DNA of 64,000 bases from a virus (lineage: Duplodnaviria; Caudoviricetes). Under the pieces are notes generated by a model that was given only the letters and a program-made list of their open reading frames with translations, did not search any database and had not been told where the DNA came from. The translations under genes and the position numbers were made by a program. The stretch's first letter is position 1, and every line of letters begins with the position of its first letter. Shown here piece after piece: positions 1-8,561 of the stretch. The DNA lies in the IMG/VR virus record IMGVR_UViG_3300005805_007239, positions 6,121 to 70,120 of that record; one strand, 5' to 3'.

Positions 1-1633
1 TCGCAGCAGTACCAGTACCGACGTCAACTGTCAAGGCTCCGAACTGATTACCAGCATTACTAGCAGTAACAGTAGTGCCCGTGAAGCTAGTTGCTCCAGC
101 AGCGGAGATCTTAGCATCAGCAGCCTGCGTAATAAACGTGCTCGTGGTGACTGCAAGAGTACCAGAAGCAGTTACATTGCCGAGTACGAGCGGGCCAGTA
201 TTGGCTACCGTCACGTTACCGCCGTTAACCGTAAGGTTACCGATAGTATTAGCAGAGTTAGCAAGAGTTACGTTACCAGGCGTGTTAAGAACAGCAACAG
301 GGGTATTAATAGCCGCACCCGGGAGAACTTCAATAAAGCCCTCTTCAGAATTAGCTACAAGCTTGCCCACGTTAACGCGGTTGAAGTTAGTAGTAGCAGA
401 CTCAAACACTACAGCATCTCCAGCAGTCGTAAGACTAAGAGGTCCAAAACTACTATTACCCTTAGTGAGAGTAATATTACCACCGGTGGCGGTAAAACCA
501 GTAGGGCCATATACGAAAGTATCAGCCTGGCTATCAGTTACGCTTGAACCAATGAAGTTAGTATTACCTGTACCATTGTTTACAACCTTACCGAGGGTAA
601 GAGGGCCAGCAGCACTGACCAGAACATCTCCAGCACCAGACCCGGTATAGTTTACCGTAAGAGCGCCCGGAGCAGTCACAGTAGCGCTGCTAGTAGCGTT
701 ACCAGTAAAGGTAGAGTTGATACCCGAAGCATAACCTACGACAATGTTATTACCACTCGCGACTACATCAGTAACGTTGACCTTTCCGAGACCGACATCT
801 CCAGTAGTAGTAACAGTAAGCTTCTTTGCAGAAACATTACTCGCTGAGTTACTCTGAATGAATCCGGACGTAGAATTAACGGTAATATTACCAGTTACGA
901 TAAGCGAGTTACCAGGCGAACTAAGATTAGTAGTACCGGTAGGGTTATTGACAGTAACGTTTCCTGTCACAAAGCTAGTACCTGCAACCCCAAGGGCAAG
1001 CCCTCCATCTGCAGTTACAACAAGATTGCCTTGAGCGATAAGATTACCGATTTCAGCGGACTTAGTGTGAAACTTCACACCGCCTGGAGCAGAGATACTG
1101 CTACCATTTACGGTAATTGAACCTGCAGCCGGGTTAAGCCCGTCTTGCGAAGGCAACTTACCGTTAGCCTGGAAGTAAAACCCAGCAAATGCAGCGTTAT
1201 CAGACGTACTCACATACAATGAGTTAACATCGAAACGGCTACCATTGCCAAGTACTACTCCATTCGGGTTAAGAATGAAGACATTACCATTACTAGTAAT
1301 AGCACCATCGATAGTGGTCTTATTAGCTCCACCTACGATATTAAGTACAGAAGCGTCAGAGCCTGGAAGCACATATGAAATAGTGTCTCCAGCCGCGATC
1401 AAGTCAGCGCCACCTCCGAAGTTCTGCCACGAAAGGATTGACCGATCGGGTGCAGTGACGTTCAGTGTGGTACCGTTAACTGCGGTAACAACTCCTGTAG
1501 TTGACTGTAGGTTGGTAGCCGCAACACTTGGCAAAGCCCAAGTAGTTGCCGTTGCACCCAAAAGAAATGCAACGAGAAGGACCATCTTAGCGATAATGCT
1601 TCCGGTGTTATTATTGTAGTTATTATTATTCAT
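1..1633 (-). CDS. TpsA / filamentous-haemagglutinin-family exoprotein with signal peptide and TPS domain (partial, runs off left edge)
   Basis: Not in the ORF track. Manual translation from ATG at 1633 shows no stop down to base 1: MNNNNYNNNTGSIIAKMVLLVAFLLGATATTWA|LPSVAATNLQSTTG...SILSWQNF...SVLNIVGGANKTTIDGAITSNGNVFILNPNGVVLGNGSRFDVNSLYVST. The SNGNVFILNPNG motif (NPNG at about 1259-1270) is the TPS-domain signature. It is followed by Gly/Thr/Val/Asn-rich beta-helix-like sequence. Confidence 0.85.
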   Translation of the reverse strand, partial: MNNNNYNNNTGSIIAKMVLLVAFLLGATATTWALPSVAATNLQSTTGVVTAVNGTTLNVTAPDRSILSWQNFGGGADLIAAGDTISYVLPGSDASVLNIVGGANKTTIDGAITSNGNVFILNPNGVVLGNGSRFDVNSLYVSTSDNAAFAGFYFQANGKLPSQDGLNPAAGSITVNGSSISAPGGVKFHTKSAEIGNLIAQGNLVVTADGGLALGVAGTSFVTGNVTVNNPTGTTNLSSPGNSLIVTGNITVNSTSGFIQSNSASNVSAKKLTVTTTGDVGLGKVNVTDVVASGNNIVVGYASGINSTFTGNATSSATVTAPGALTVNYTGSGAGDVLVSAAGPLTLGKVVNNGTGNTNFIGSSVTDSQADTFVYGPTGFTATGGNITLTKGNSSFGPLSLTTAGDAVVFESATTNFNRVNVGKLVANSEEGFIEVLPGAAINTPVAVLNTPGNVTLANSANTIGNLTVNGGNVTVANTGPLVLGNVTASGTLAVTTSTFITQAADAKISAAGATSFTGTTVTASNAGNQFGALTVDVGTGTAA

Positions 1634-1666
1634 ACGCAAAATATATTAGTACTGTTACGGAGCTAA

Positions 1667-2101
1667 TCAACTCTTTTCTTTCAAAGGTACGGGCCATACA
1701 TACTCTAGATTATCTGGTACATCTGGCCACTGGGATTTGTAATAGGTTGGATCTTTCTGGATCAATTTAGATTTATGACTGAGATGAATATCCTCCCGGC
1801 CAATCCAGGACGGGTACGCAATTGGCTTAGAAGGGTCATGATAAATGCTAATCTTCTCATAGCAAGTATCTTTATAACCACGCTTCTTCCAGACTTCGCA
1901 AATAACTTTACCATACTCTATTAATCCGTTTTCATAACCACGCCACATCTCGCGAGCTGGATGGTTTTTCCAGCCCTTATAGTTAGGCTTATGAAACGAG
2001 TTAAGTAACTGAAGTACTTCAACGCGCTGCTTACCGAGGCGTTTAGTATCAAGAGACTCAGCTGACTTAGTAAAGTCAGAGTATGGTAGGAATGTTTGCA
2101 T
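1667..2101 (-). CDS. Pyrimidine-dimer DNA glycosylase / endonuclease V-like protein (MSMEG_6728-like family)
   Basis: Family-typical motifs MQTFLPY...LDxKRLGKQRVE...GWKNHPA..MWRGYE..L..YG..IC..W..RGY.DT and H.SH.S.L..KDP.YY...W..VP..L.YVWP. Confidence 0.8.
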   Translation of the reverse strand: MQTFLPYSDFTKSAESLDTKRLGKQRVEVLQLLNSFHKPNYKGWKNHPAREMWRGYENGLIEYGKVICEVWKKRGYKDTCYEKISIYHDPSKPIAYPSWIGREDIHLSHKSKLIQKDPTYYKSQWPDVPDNLEYVWPVPLKEKS

Positions 2102-2775
2102 TATTTCTTTTTCTTCTTACTAGCTTTTTTCTTATATGGGTTTTTCTTAATCTTTTTAAACTCCATTGTCTCAAGGTCAAGCTCAAAAAGATCTGTTTTG
2201 CCGTTTATTACATCGTCAATACGTTTATTGAGTTCTTCTTTAAAAGCTAAAGTTTCACTTTCTTCAAAACCATAGAACGTTTGCTCCCAGAGAATTTCTG
2301 CGGCGACTTTTTCGTAAAAGTTCTCACCATTTAGATGAATAACTACTTCGGGGGTAACAACTACATCAGAATCTATATAGTCGCCCCACGAACAGAGCCC
2401 GAATCCTGTAAACTTATGGTACTTCAGATCATTTGCATCTTCTGTGTCAGCGTCTTCTGGAAGCTTTTTCGCGCTGCTATTATAATAGTGTACCCCGATA
2501 TATTTGTATTTCTCTCCAGTATTCTCGAAAGTCTTCTCGTCGTACATTGCTTCCTCTTGAAGATCAAGAATAATAGAAAATTCAGCCCATTTAATCGGCT
2601 TACTCAGCATACTATCAATTACCCGATTATAGGCCTGGCCAGTAGCTGCAGCTTTTAGTTCGAGCTCTTCTAATGCAGCATCCTTATAAGAAAGATCTTT
2701 CAGAGTCTTTTCGAAAAGAATCTTGTTGAGTGTATTACGGTTACAATTAAGAAGTAGTTGTCGGTACGTGAGCAT
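2101..2775 (-). CDS. Hypothetical protein, acidic with a Lys-rich C-terminal tail
   Basis: 224-aa ORF translationally coupled to both neighbours. It has a W..Y....V....A.ILWE.TFYGF.E motif seen in conserved phage/bacterial hypotheticals. No function assignable. Confidence 0.6.
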   Translation of the reverse strand: MLTYRQLLLNCNRNTLNKILFEKTLKDLSYKDAALEELELKAAATGQAYNRVIDSMLSKPIKWAEFSIILDLQEEAMYDEKTFENTGEKYKYIGVHYYNSSAKKLPEDADTEDANDLKYHKFTGFGLCSWGDYIDSDVVVTPEVVIHLNGENFYEKVAAEILWEQTFYGFEESETLAFKEELNKRIDDVINGKTDLFELDLETMEFKKIKKNPYKKKASKKKKK

Positions 2776-3088
2776 AATTTTTTAGACTTTCACTAATTTT
2801 TTTGAACTCTGCATCCTCTCGTGCGCGCATAGTATCCATATACTTGAAGGTATGATTCTGAGCTTCTTCGAGAGTATCAAAGATAATAGTATCTGGATGG
2901 TTATATCTCCAACCTTCAATTTGAATATTATTGCTACCGTTTACAAGCGGTTTGTACTTACCTTCTTCAGTCTTAATAACTGTAAGAAGACAGCACTTAT
3001 AGTCTCCATACTGCCAAACAAATTCAGAAGTATGAAGCCACTTATTAGGTGTCTCAACAAGAAGAGACTTAGCTATCGAACGTTTCAT
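2747..3088 (-). CDS. Hypothetical protein
   Basis: 113-aa ORF in the same minus-strand run, with a short overlap with the downstream gene. Confidence 0.55.
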   Translation of the reverse strand: MKRSIAKSLLVETPNKWLHTSEFVWQYGDYKCCLLTVIKTEEGKYKPLVNGSNNIQIEGWRYNHPDTIIFDTLEEAQNHTFKYMDTMRAREDAEFKKISESLKNYAHVPTTTS

Positions 3089-3097
3089 GCGCCTATA

Positions 3098-3349
3098 TTA
3101 GGCGGTAGCGGAACCGAAGGCAACCTTATTACCACGGAAAGTAGTAATAATCCAATTGATATTGGAAGTACTCGACAAGCTACGAAGCGCAGGAAGAGCA
3201 GGAATAACATCCTTACCCTGCGTAGTAAAATGCTGAACATCAGCAACCAGGTAATACATCCCGGTGTAAATATCAGCGCCATCCGTATAGAGAGCCTTCT
3301 GTTCATTAGCAGTCAGCTCGTTAACATTACCAATAATGGTGATTTGCAT
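3098..3349 (-). CDS. Hypothetical protein
   Basis: 83-aa ATG-started ORF that fits between neighbours without overlap. Preferred over the overlapping 3085-3306 frame. Confidence 0.55.
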   Translation of the reverse strand: MQITIIGNVNELTANEQKALYTDGADIYTGMYYLVADVQHFTTQGKDVIPALPALRSLSSTSNINWIITTFRGNKVAFGSATA

Positions 3350-3428
3350 ATCTAGGTATTAATTTTTATTCAAAACGAATTGTCGTAATTTTAAGCATTT
3401 AAGCAAGTAAAAAAGTGAGTATTTTGAA

Positions 3429-3436
3429 TATTTATA
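3429..3436 (-). promoter_or_regulatory. TATAAATA, T4 late-promoter consensus, upstream of the 3349-1667 gene run
   Basis: Plus strand reads tatttata at 3429-3436. It is intergenic, just downstream of a terminator and about 80 nt upstream of ATG 3349. Confidence 0.4.
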
Positions 3437-3443
3437 AATCCGA

Positions 3444-3473
3444 TAACAAAAGAGGCCTATTGCTAGGCCTCTT
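3444..3473 (-). terminator. Rho-independent terminator
   Basis: Minus strand: AAGAGGCCTA-GCAA-TAGGCCTCTT followed by TTGTT. Perfect 10-bp stem with a GNRA loop, directly after the stop of 3479-3703. Confidence 0.75.
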
Positions 3474-3478
3474 AGTTA

Positions 3479-3703
3479 TTAACGTGACTGACGGATCTTA
3501 GCCCAGCGGCCCTTATCGTCGCGAACGTTATAAAAGCGAGGCTGCAGAACAACCTGGCTAGAACGATTCACGAATCCAAGAACAGTGTACTTATTGGATG
3601 GAAAGCGACGAGTCACGGCATTCATGCGAGTCTCGACACTCTCGTCACCAAGAGTACGGGTATAGATGTCCTTTACAATCACGTTTTCGGATACGGTATT
3701 CAT
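3479..3703 (-). CDS. Small basic hypothetical protein
   Basis: 74-aa ORF followed immediately by a terminator. Ends in an RDDKGRW motif. Confidence 0.65.
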   Translation of the reverse strand: MNTVSENVIVKDIYTRTLGDESVETRMNAVTRRFPSNKYTVLGFVNRSSQVVLQPRFYNVRDDKGRWAKIRQSR

Positions 3704-3809
3704 AATTACTCAAATATTCTAAAGGTAGTTTGTATTTAATCTACTTGTTTTACTAAGGATTTTAATAAATATTTGGAAACACCTTTATACAAACAATATA
3801 AAACAAAAG

Positions 3810-4028
3810 ATGACAAAACAATTCATTGCAGTACTTGGTAAAGTTGACGAAAATACAACGGAAGAGATCACATTAAAGGAAATAGCGGTAAATGCAAGAG
3901 ATTACTTAGAGGCTCATAAAATAGCTCTATTTAAATGTAATTTAGCTGAAGGAGAAATCGTATTTCAAATAAGAGAAGCTAGTACTCGTATTGTTAGATT
4001 TGATCACAAAAAGGGGTTTATTAATTAA
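3810..4028 (+). CDS. Hypothetical protein
   Basis: 72-aa ORF with an A-rich upstream region and TAAATA at 3766-3771. Its stop overlaps convergently with that of 4025-8560. Confidence 0.55.
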   Translation: MTKQFIAVLGKVDENTTEEITLKEIAVNARDYLEAHKIALFKCNLAEGEIVFQIREASTRIVRFDHKKGFIN

Positions 4029-7000
4029 TGTTGGAATGTCCCGATAATAGTTTTATCACCGTCAACAAAAGTTACAGCATTATTTAGAGCAGCCTGTACT
4101 TCAGGAACCCCTCCTATAATGATAGTCTGTAAAACTGGCGTACCGATAAAGCCATTGAATGTACCTGGAGTTGGGAAGACAATAGCACTTACAGGGGTTG
4201 TTTTTGAAGTTGTAGTACCCCACCAGCCGTCTAGTACCATGCCTGTTATATTAGCAAGAGTACCAGCTTTATAAACTCCTCCTCCATTAATAGTTCCGTT
4301 GCCAGGTCTTCTTGCCCCATCGGTACCTACCTTATATGTTTCTACTCGAGTAATTAATGTATACGTAGGTACTGCAGGAGCTGGCTGAGTATCTCTATGT
4401 ATAGCCAAAGTTAATTCTGTTTCTGCGCGAGGTAGATATGCAACAAAAGAAGGAGCGCTATAATTATATGTATTCCGGTATGCGCTTACAGTTATACTCG
4501 AGGTAGTTGGTGTAAAATTAACTATAGGATTAACCCCGGTAACCTCTCCGTTTATCGTCCAGGCATGAGGCTGATAATTATTATACTGTAAATAACCACC
4601 AAGAGTGTTATTTGCTATACCGGCATATTTTATAGTTGCATCATTTATATTGTAAACTGTAATACTGGTGCTTGGAAAATCAGATTCCATTAAACTGTTT
4701 CTTAGTTTAGCATTATACAATTTACCTTCGCTAGGTAGAACTGTTAGTATTGAAACAACTCCTGATACGCTCTGTATAGAACCTACCGATAAGTCTATTT
4801 CAAAATCAGCTCCAAATGTAGAGGCGCTACCGTCCGGAGCGATACTTGAGCTATCTACTGTTAGAAATTCTTGTAAGGGAAGTACAATTACAGAAGCACT
4901 AGCAGCAACAGTCGTAGATAGTATTTCTTCTCCTTTTCTTATAGTCACTAAAACAGGTAGACTAAAAGGGTTAACTGTTGCACTCAACACTACAGAAAGA
5001 TTACATGCAGTAGTAGCATTAATTAAACTAAATGAAGCGGTAAAATCATTGCCATATCTTGTACCAGATTTGTAAAAATCACTATAAACATTTCCTACAT
5101 ATTCAACCGATTCAAATGTAGAAAGTACCGGTAGAGGCGCTACGGTTGTGGTTGTAGTAGTAGTGGTTGTGGATGTATCGTAAATTATATTACCTACTGT
5201 TGTTGTTACTAACCCTATTGTATTAGTTAGATAAGATGTCGGGGTTCTAATTATTTCAGGTTTTAAAGTATTGAGTATGGTTTCTTGAGCATCATAAATT
5301 TTGTCAAGCGTTCTATTTATAACAGCAGAGCTTACAATTTCATTACTATAAATATAACTACTTTCATCAAAGTATAAAGAATTAATTAATTCTCCTGATG
5401 AAAGATCTCGTGTTCTAAAATCAGAAAGATTATTATTTTCATCGTATGTTAGAACATATTTGTTATTAATGCTTTTTGCAAGTAGTTCATGATTATATAA
5501 CAGAGGTTTAAGAGCTTTGTTATAAACCCAATCTGCAATAAATTCATTTTCATTAATTGTTATAGTAGAAAGCGAACTGTAGTAGTTATCAAGTAATGCA
5601 GTATCTACTATTTCTTCTGTAATAGGTATGTCTATAAATTTATATATTCTTCCGGTAGTAATTAGATAGAAATAATAATTATCATCTATAAAGCCTGTAA
5701 CTATTTCTTCATTTGTACCTAAAGATGTTGAGGATTTGCTTGGGGATAATAGTTTATTTACAAAGACTCCGTTACTTGTATATTTGTAAACATTTTCTGT
5801 AGTTACTATATATAAAAATTTACCCGCCGGGTCGAGTAAGATCTTTTTTATGTTTGCAGTTGAAGGTACATCTGGTAAACCATACGACGAAAGCAAAGTA
5901 TTGTTATTACTATATATCAACACTTTATACGGTGAAGGAAACTTGACATCGTTTGGTACTATTTTGCTTGAGCTCTTCTCGGAAGTTAACACTCCATCTA
6001 TACCTATTGCTTCTACCTTAAAAGACGTATACACTGAAGAACTAGAAAATACAAAGGTGGTTAGTTTAGGTAAGGTTGTATAGATAGAAAGATCAGAACT
6101 TAAAGAATTTATATACGTGTAAGTATCTGTCTCAGAAGTCGCGCCGTATAAATTAAAATTAGACGACACCCCGGGATAGTAATTTAGACGCTCTCCATCA
6201 TGGTTCCATTTTACTCTATACTGAATACCAATTTCATTTGCACTCGTCATAACTGACGTAATTACCGGGGTATTCGGTGCATATAAATTACCTAATATAA
6301 AGATATTGCCTGTAGTTTTATCTATATCAAAACGTTTTACCTCATACGCGCTAAGTTCTGGTGTGTATATAGTATTAACATAGGTCAGTGCAGAGTTATA
6401 TATTTTAATGCATCTATTACCTATATCTCCTACATATACTTGATTGTTATAAACTTTAATTTCGTTAGGTACTGGATTATTGTTGAAAGCATTTTCGTCA
6501 GTTAATCCTCCGTTACTGCCACCTATTTGATTAGTTGGTGTAAGAGCTACGTCAAGTTGATATCTGTAGATAGATACTAAAGAATTAGAACCGCCGAAAT
6601 TTAAGCTACCAAGTACGTAAAGATCTGTACTGTTACTGTCTATACTATAAACATTAAGCGGGGTAGAGTTTTTTGCTACCGCCGAAAGTTGATTAACAAT
6701 TGTATTATTGTAATCATTTTTTCTTATTTGTATTAAACCATTATCGAAAGCAATATAATTATTGTAGTCAGGAGCTGCTGAGCCGTTTTTGTAAGATCTA
6801 AAGTCTACTATACTTTCAGCAGGTATTACTCCCGTATAACTACCGGAAAGATTAAAATATGTATTTGACCCTGTTAAAGAAGTATTCCAGGTCGGATAAG
6901 CAACTAAATCTCTCAGCCATTCAACTAGAGTCATATTAGGACTCTTTTTAATTGCATCGGTAATTCTATTTAAATAATTAAAATTTTCTTTTAATTTATT

Positions 7001-8560
7001 ATATGCTGCGTTTATATTATCTGCAACCGCCCATTCATTAGAGCCGACATTTACTTCTTCTTTAGAATATGGTAGTGTTAAATTTATGCCTAACGTATCT
7101 TTATAGTCTTCAAGATTTAAATCAGAATAAGTATCTTGTATATAAAATCTCTGTGCAGCAGTTACAGTATAATTACTGCTACCATCATTACCAGTTACTA
7201 TAGCAGTATAAGGTATACTACTTGCTGCAGAATAAGTATGAGCAAAATAAAGAGTGGTACTAGTTGCTGTTGAATATGTATCAGTTTCTCCGTCGCCCCA
7301 ATTAACAGTTACACTTGTAATATTATTACTATCTGGTAATACAGTCTGTATCCACACAGGTACGCCAGTAACTGCAAATGTGTATGGTGAGTATATTTTA
7401 AAAGGTATCCGAGCACTCGTAAGAGTATCTGTAACAGTAAATCCTACCAATGCATCATAAATGACTTTATTATTAGCACCTGCTGTAGCGGCAAATGCAC
7501 TTCCAGGTACAACATAACCATATATAGGGTTAGTACTTGACACGCCGTTAAAAGCGTAACGGAAATTATTACCAGCGTTTAAGATTTGATAGCGACTCCC
7601 TGCAAGATATGAATTTATAAAGCGAGCGTCTTTTATATAGGTACCCGGGGTACAACCAACTCCAAATAAAGCAATATCATTTGGTCCATAGTAAGCCCCC
7701 CCACTTAACTCAATTGCAGAAGGACCTATTATAAACCCCCGACAGGATCCGTTTATAAAACGTACCCCGCCGGAGCATTCAAAAGAAGTACTAGGTACCC
7801 ATACAGCAGAGCCTGTAGTTGTTACTAATAGATTTAAAACCTCATACGGAGATGTAGTAATTGCGCTAGTAGTAACATATAAATTTATAGATGATAATAA
7901 TGCACCGCTTACGGAATAACCAGAAGCTGCAATAACACCTGATTTATAAAGGACCGCGCTTGTGTAAGAAGGAATCGCCCCTCCAGTACTGTTTTGTACT
8001 GTAGCTTTTATATAGTTTGAAGAAATATTAGTAGTATAAGACACTCCACCTAAAATGTGAGTATCCAAATAAACTGGTTCAGTACTTGCTTCAACTATAG
8101 TCGCAATACTGGGTATAATTACAGAGGTTCCATACAAGGCCGAAAAATTAGCGCTTAAGGCGCCGCGACCCATTGTAATAGGGTTTGCTGGCTGCACCCA
8201 AGGCACAGCTGTAACTGGCGGTATAGTCGTAGCGGTAGCCGGTACTGAAGTAGTCGTATTTGCACCGGGAGTATTAGTATCTATTTCTAAAAATATATAC
8301 GCATTAACTGTAGAAAAAGTTAGATCTCTATCTGCATAATAAGTTAAATAGACTCTATACCCGTTAGTACCTATTTCAGAAAAATAGCGACTTATAGATT
8401 CTACTGTTGGTTCGTAATCTTGAGTAACAAGGTCTAATACTTCAAGACAGTCTTGTTTTTGACGAATTGTTAAATCAGTACTTCTATTAATTAAATTAAC
8501 AATAACCCCTCTTGCAAGCGGTAGAGAATAAGAAGTATTTTCAAATCTAATTAAGCTCAT
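4025..8560 (-). CDS. Large virion structural protein (baseplate-like) with PKD-like and NHL/beta-propeller-like segments and a poly-Thr linker
   Basis: 1511 aa. VTVNWGDG is a PKD-type motif and VYVGDIGNRCIKIY is an NHL-like motif. It has three NE...N...K[LI] helical motifs, a TTTTTTTTT linker and a C-terminal InlB-B-like unit. Tail-operon context. Confidence 0.6.
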   Translation of the reverse strand: MSLIRFENTSYSLPLARGVIVNLINRSTDLTIRQKQDCLEVLDLVTQDYEPTVESISRYFSEIGTNGYRVYLTYYADRDLTFSTVNAYIFLEIDTNTPGANTTTSVPATATTIPPVTAVPWVQPANPITMGRGALSANFSALYGTSVIIPSIATIVEASTEPVYLDTHILGGVSYTTNISSNYIKATVQNSTGGAIPSYTSAVLYKSGVIAASGYSVSGALLSSINLYVTTSAITTSPYEVLNLLVTTTGSAVWVPSTSFECSGGVRFINGSCRGFIIGPSAIELSGGAYYGPNDIALFGVGCTPGTYIKDARFINSYLAGSRYQILNAGNNFRYAFNGVSSTNPIYGYVVPGSAFAATAGANNKVIYDALVGFTVTDTLTSARIPFKIYSPYTFAVTGVPVWIQTVLPDSNNITSVTVNWGDGETDTYSTATSTTLYFAHTYSAASSIPYTAIVTGNDGSSNYTVTAAQRFYIQDTYSDLNLEDYKDTLGINLTLPYSKEEVNVGSNEWAVADNINAAYNKLKENFNYLNRITDAIKKSPNMTLVEWLRDLVAYPTWNTSLTGSNTYFNLSGSYTGVIPAESIVDFRSYKNGSAAPDYNNYIAFDNGLIQIRKNDYNNTIVNQLSAVAKNSTPLNVYSIDSNSTDLYVLGSLNFGGSNSLVSIYRYQLDVALTPTNQIGGSNGGLTDENAFNNNPVPNEIKVYNNQVYVGDIGNRCIKIYNSALTYVNTIYTPELSAYEVKRFDIDKTTGNIFILGNLYAPNTPVITSVMTSANEIGIQYRVKWNHDGERLNYYPGVSSNFNLYGATSETDTYTYINSLSSDLSIYTTLPKLTTFVFSSSSVYTSFKVEAIGIDGVLTSEKSSSKIVPNDVKFPSPYKVLIYSNNNTLLSSYGLPDVPSTANIKKILLDPAGKFLYIVTTENVYKYTSNGVFVNKLLSPSKSSTSLGTNEEIVTGFIDDNYYFYLITTGRIYKFIDIPITEEIVDTALLDNYYSSLSTITINENEFIADWVYNKALKPLLYNHELLAKSINNKYVLTYDENNNLSDFRTRDLSSGELINSLYFDESSYIYSNEIVSSAVINRTLDKIYDAQETILNTLKPEIIRTPTSYLTNTIGLVTTTVGNIIYDTSTTTTTTTTTVAPLPVLSTFESVEYVGNVYSDFYKSGTRYGNDFTASFSLINATTACNLSVVLSATVNPFSLPVLVTIRKGEEILSTTVAASASVIVLPLQEFLTVDSSSIAPDGSASTFGADFEIDLSVGSIQSVSGVVSILTVLPSEGKLYNAKLRNSLMESDFPSTSITVYNINDATIKYAGIANNTLGGYLQYNNYQPHAWTINGEVTGVNPIVNFTPTTSSITVSAYRNTYNYSAPSFVAYLPRAETELTLAIHRDTQPAPAVPTYTLITRVETYKVGTDGARRPGNGTINGGGVYKAGTLANITGMVLDGWWGTTTSKTTPVSAIVFPTPGTFNGFIGTPVLQTIIIGGVPEVQAALNNAVTFVDGDKTIIGTFQH

Positions 8561-8561
8561 A

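Noticed and set aside
75-1619. Plus-strand ORFs 75-650 and 1245-1619
   Set aside because: Antisense shadows of the long minus-strand TpsA-like ORF, which has recognisable motifs.
2335-3355. Plus-strand ORFs 2335-2658 and 2852-3355, and minus-strand 3085-3306
   Set aside because: They overlap a well-packed minus-strand gene run and have no recognisable motifs.
3361-3760. Sigma70-type promoters (TTGCTT-N16-GACAAT; TAGATT-N16-TAGAAT on the minus strand)
   Set aside because: Weak matches in very AT-rich DNA, not distinguishable from chance by eye.
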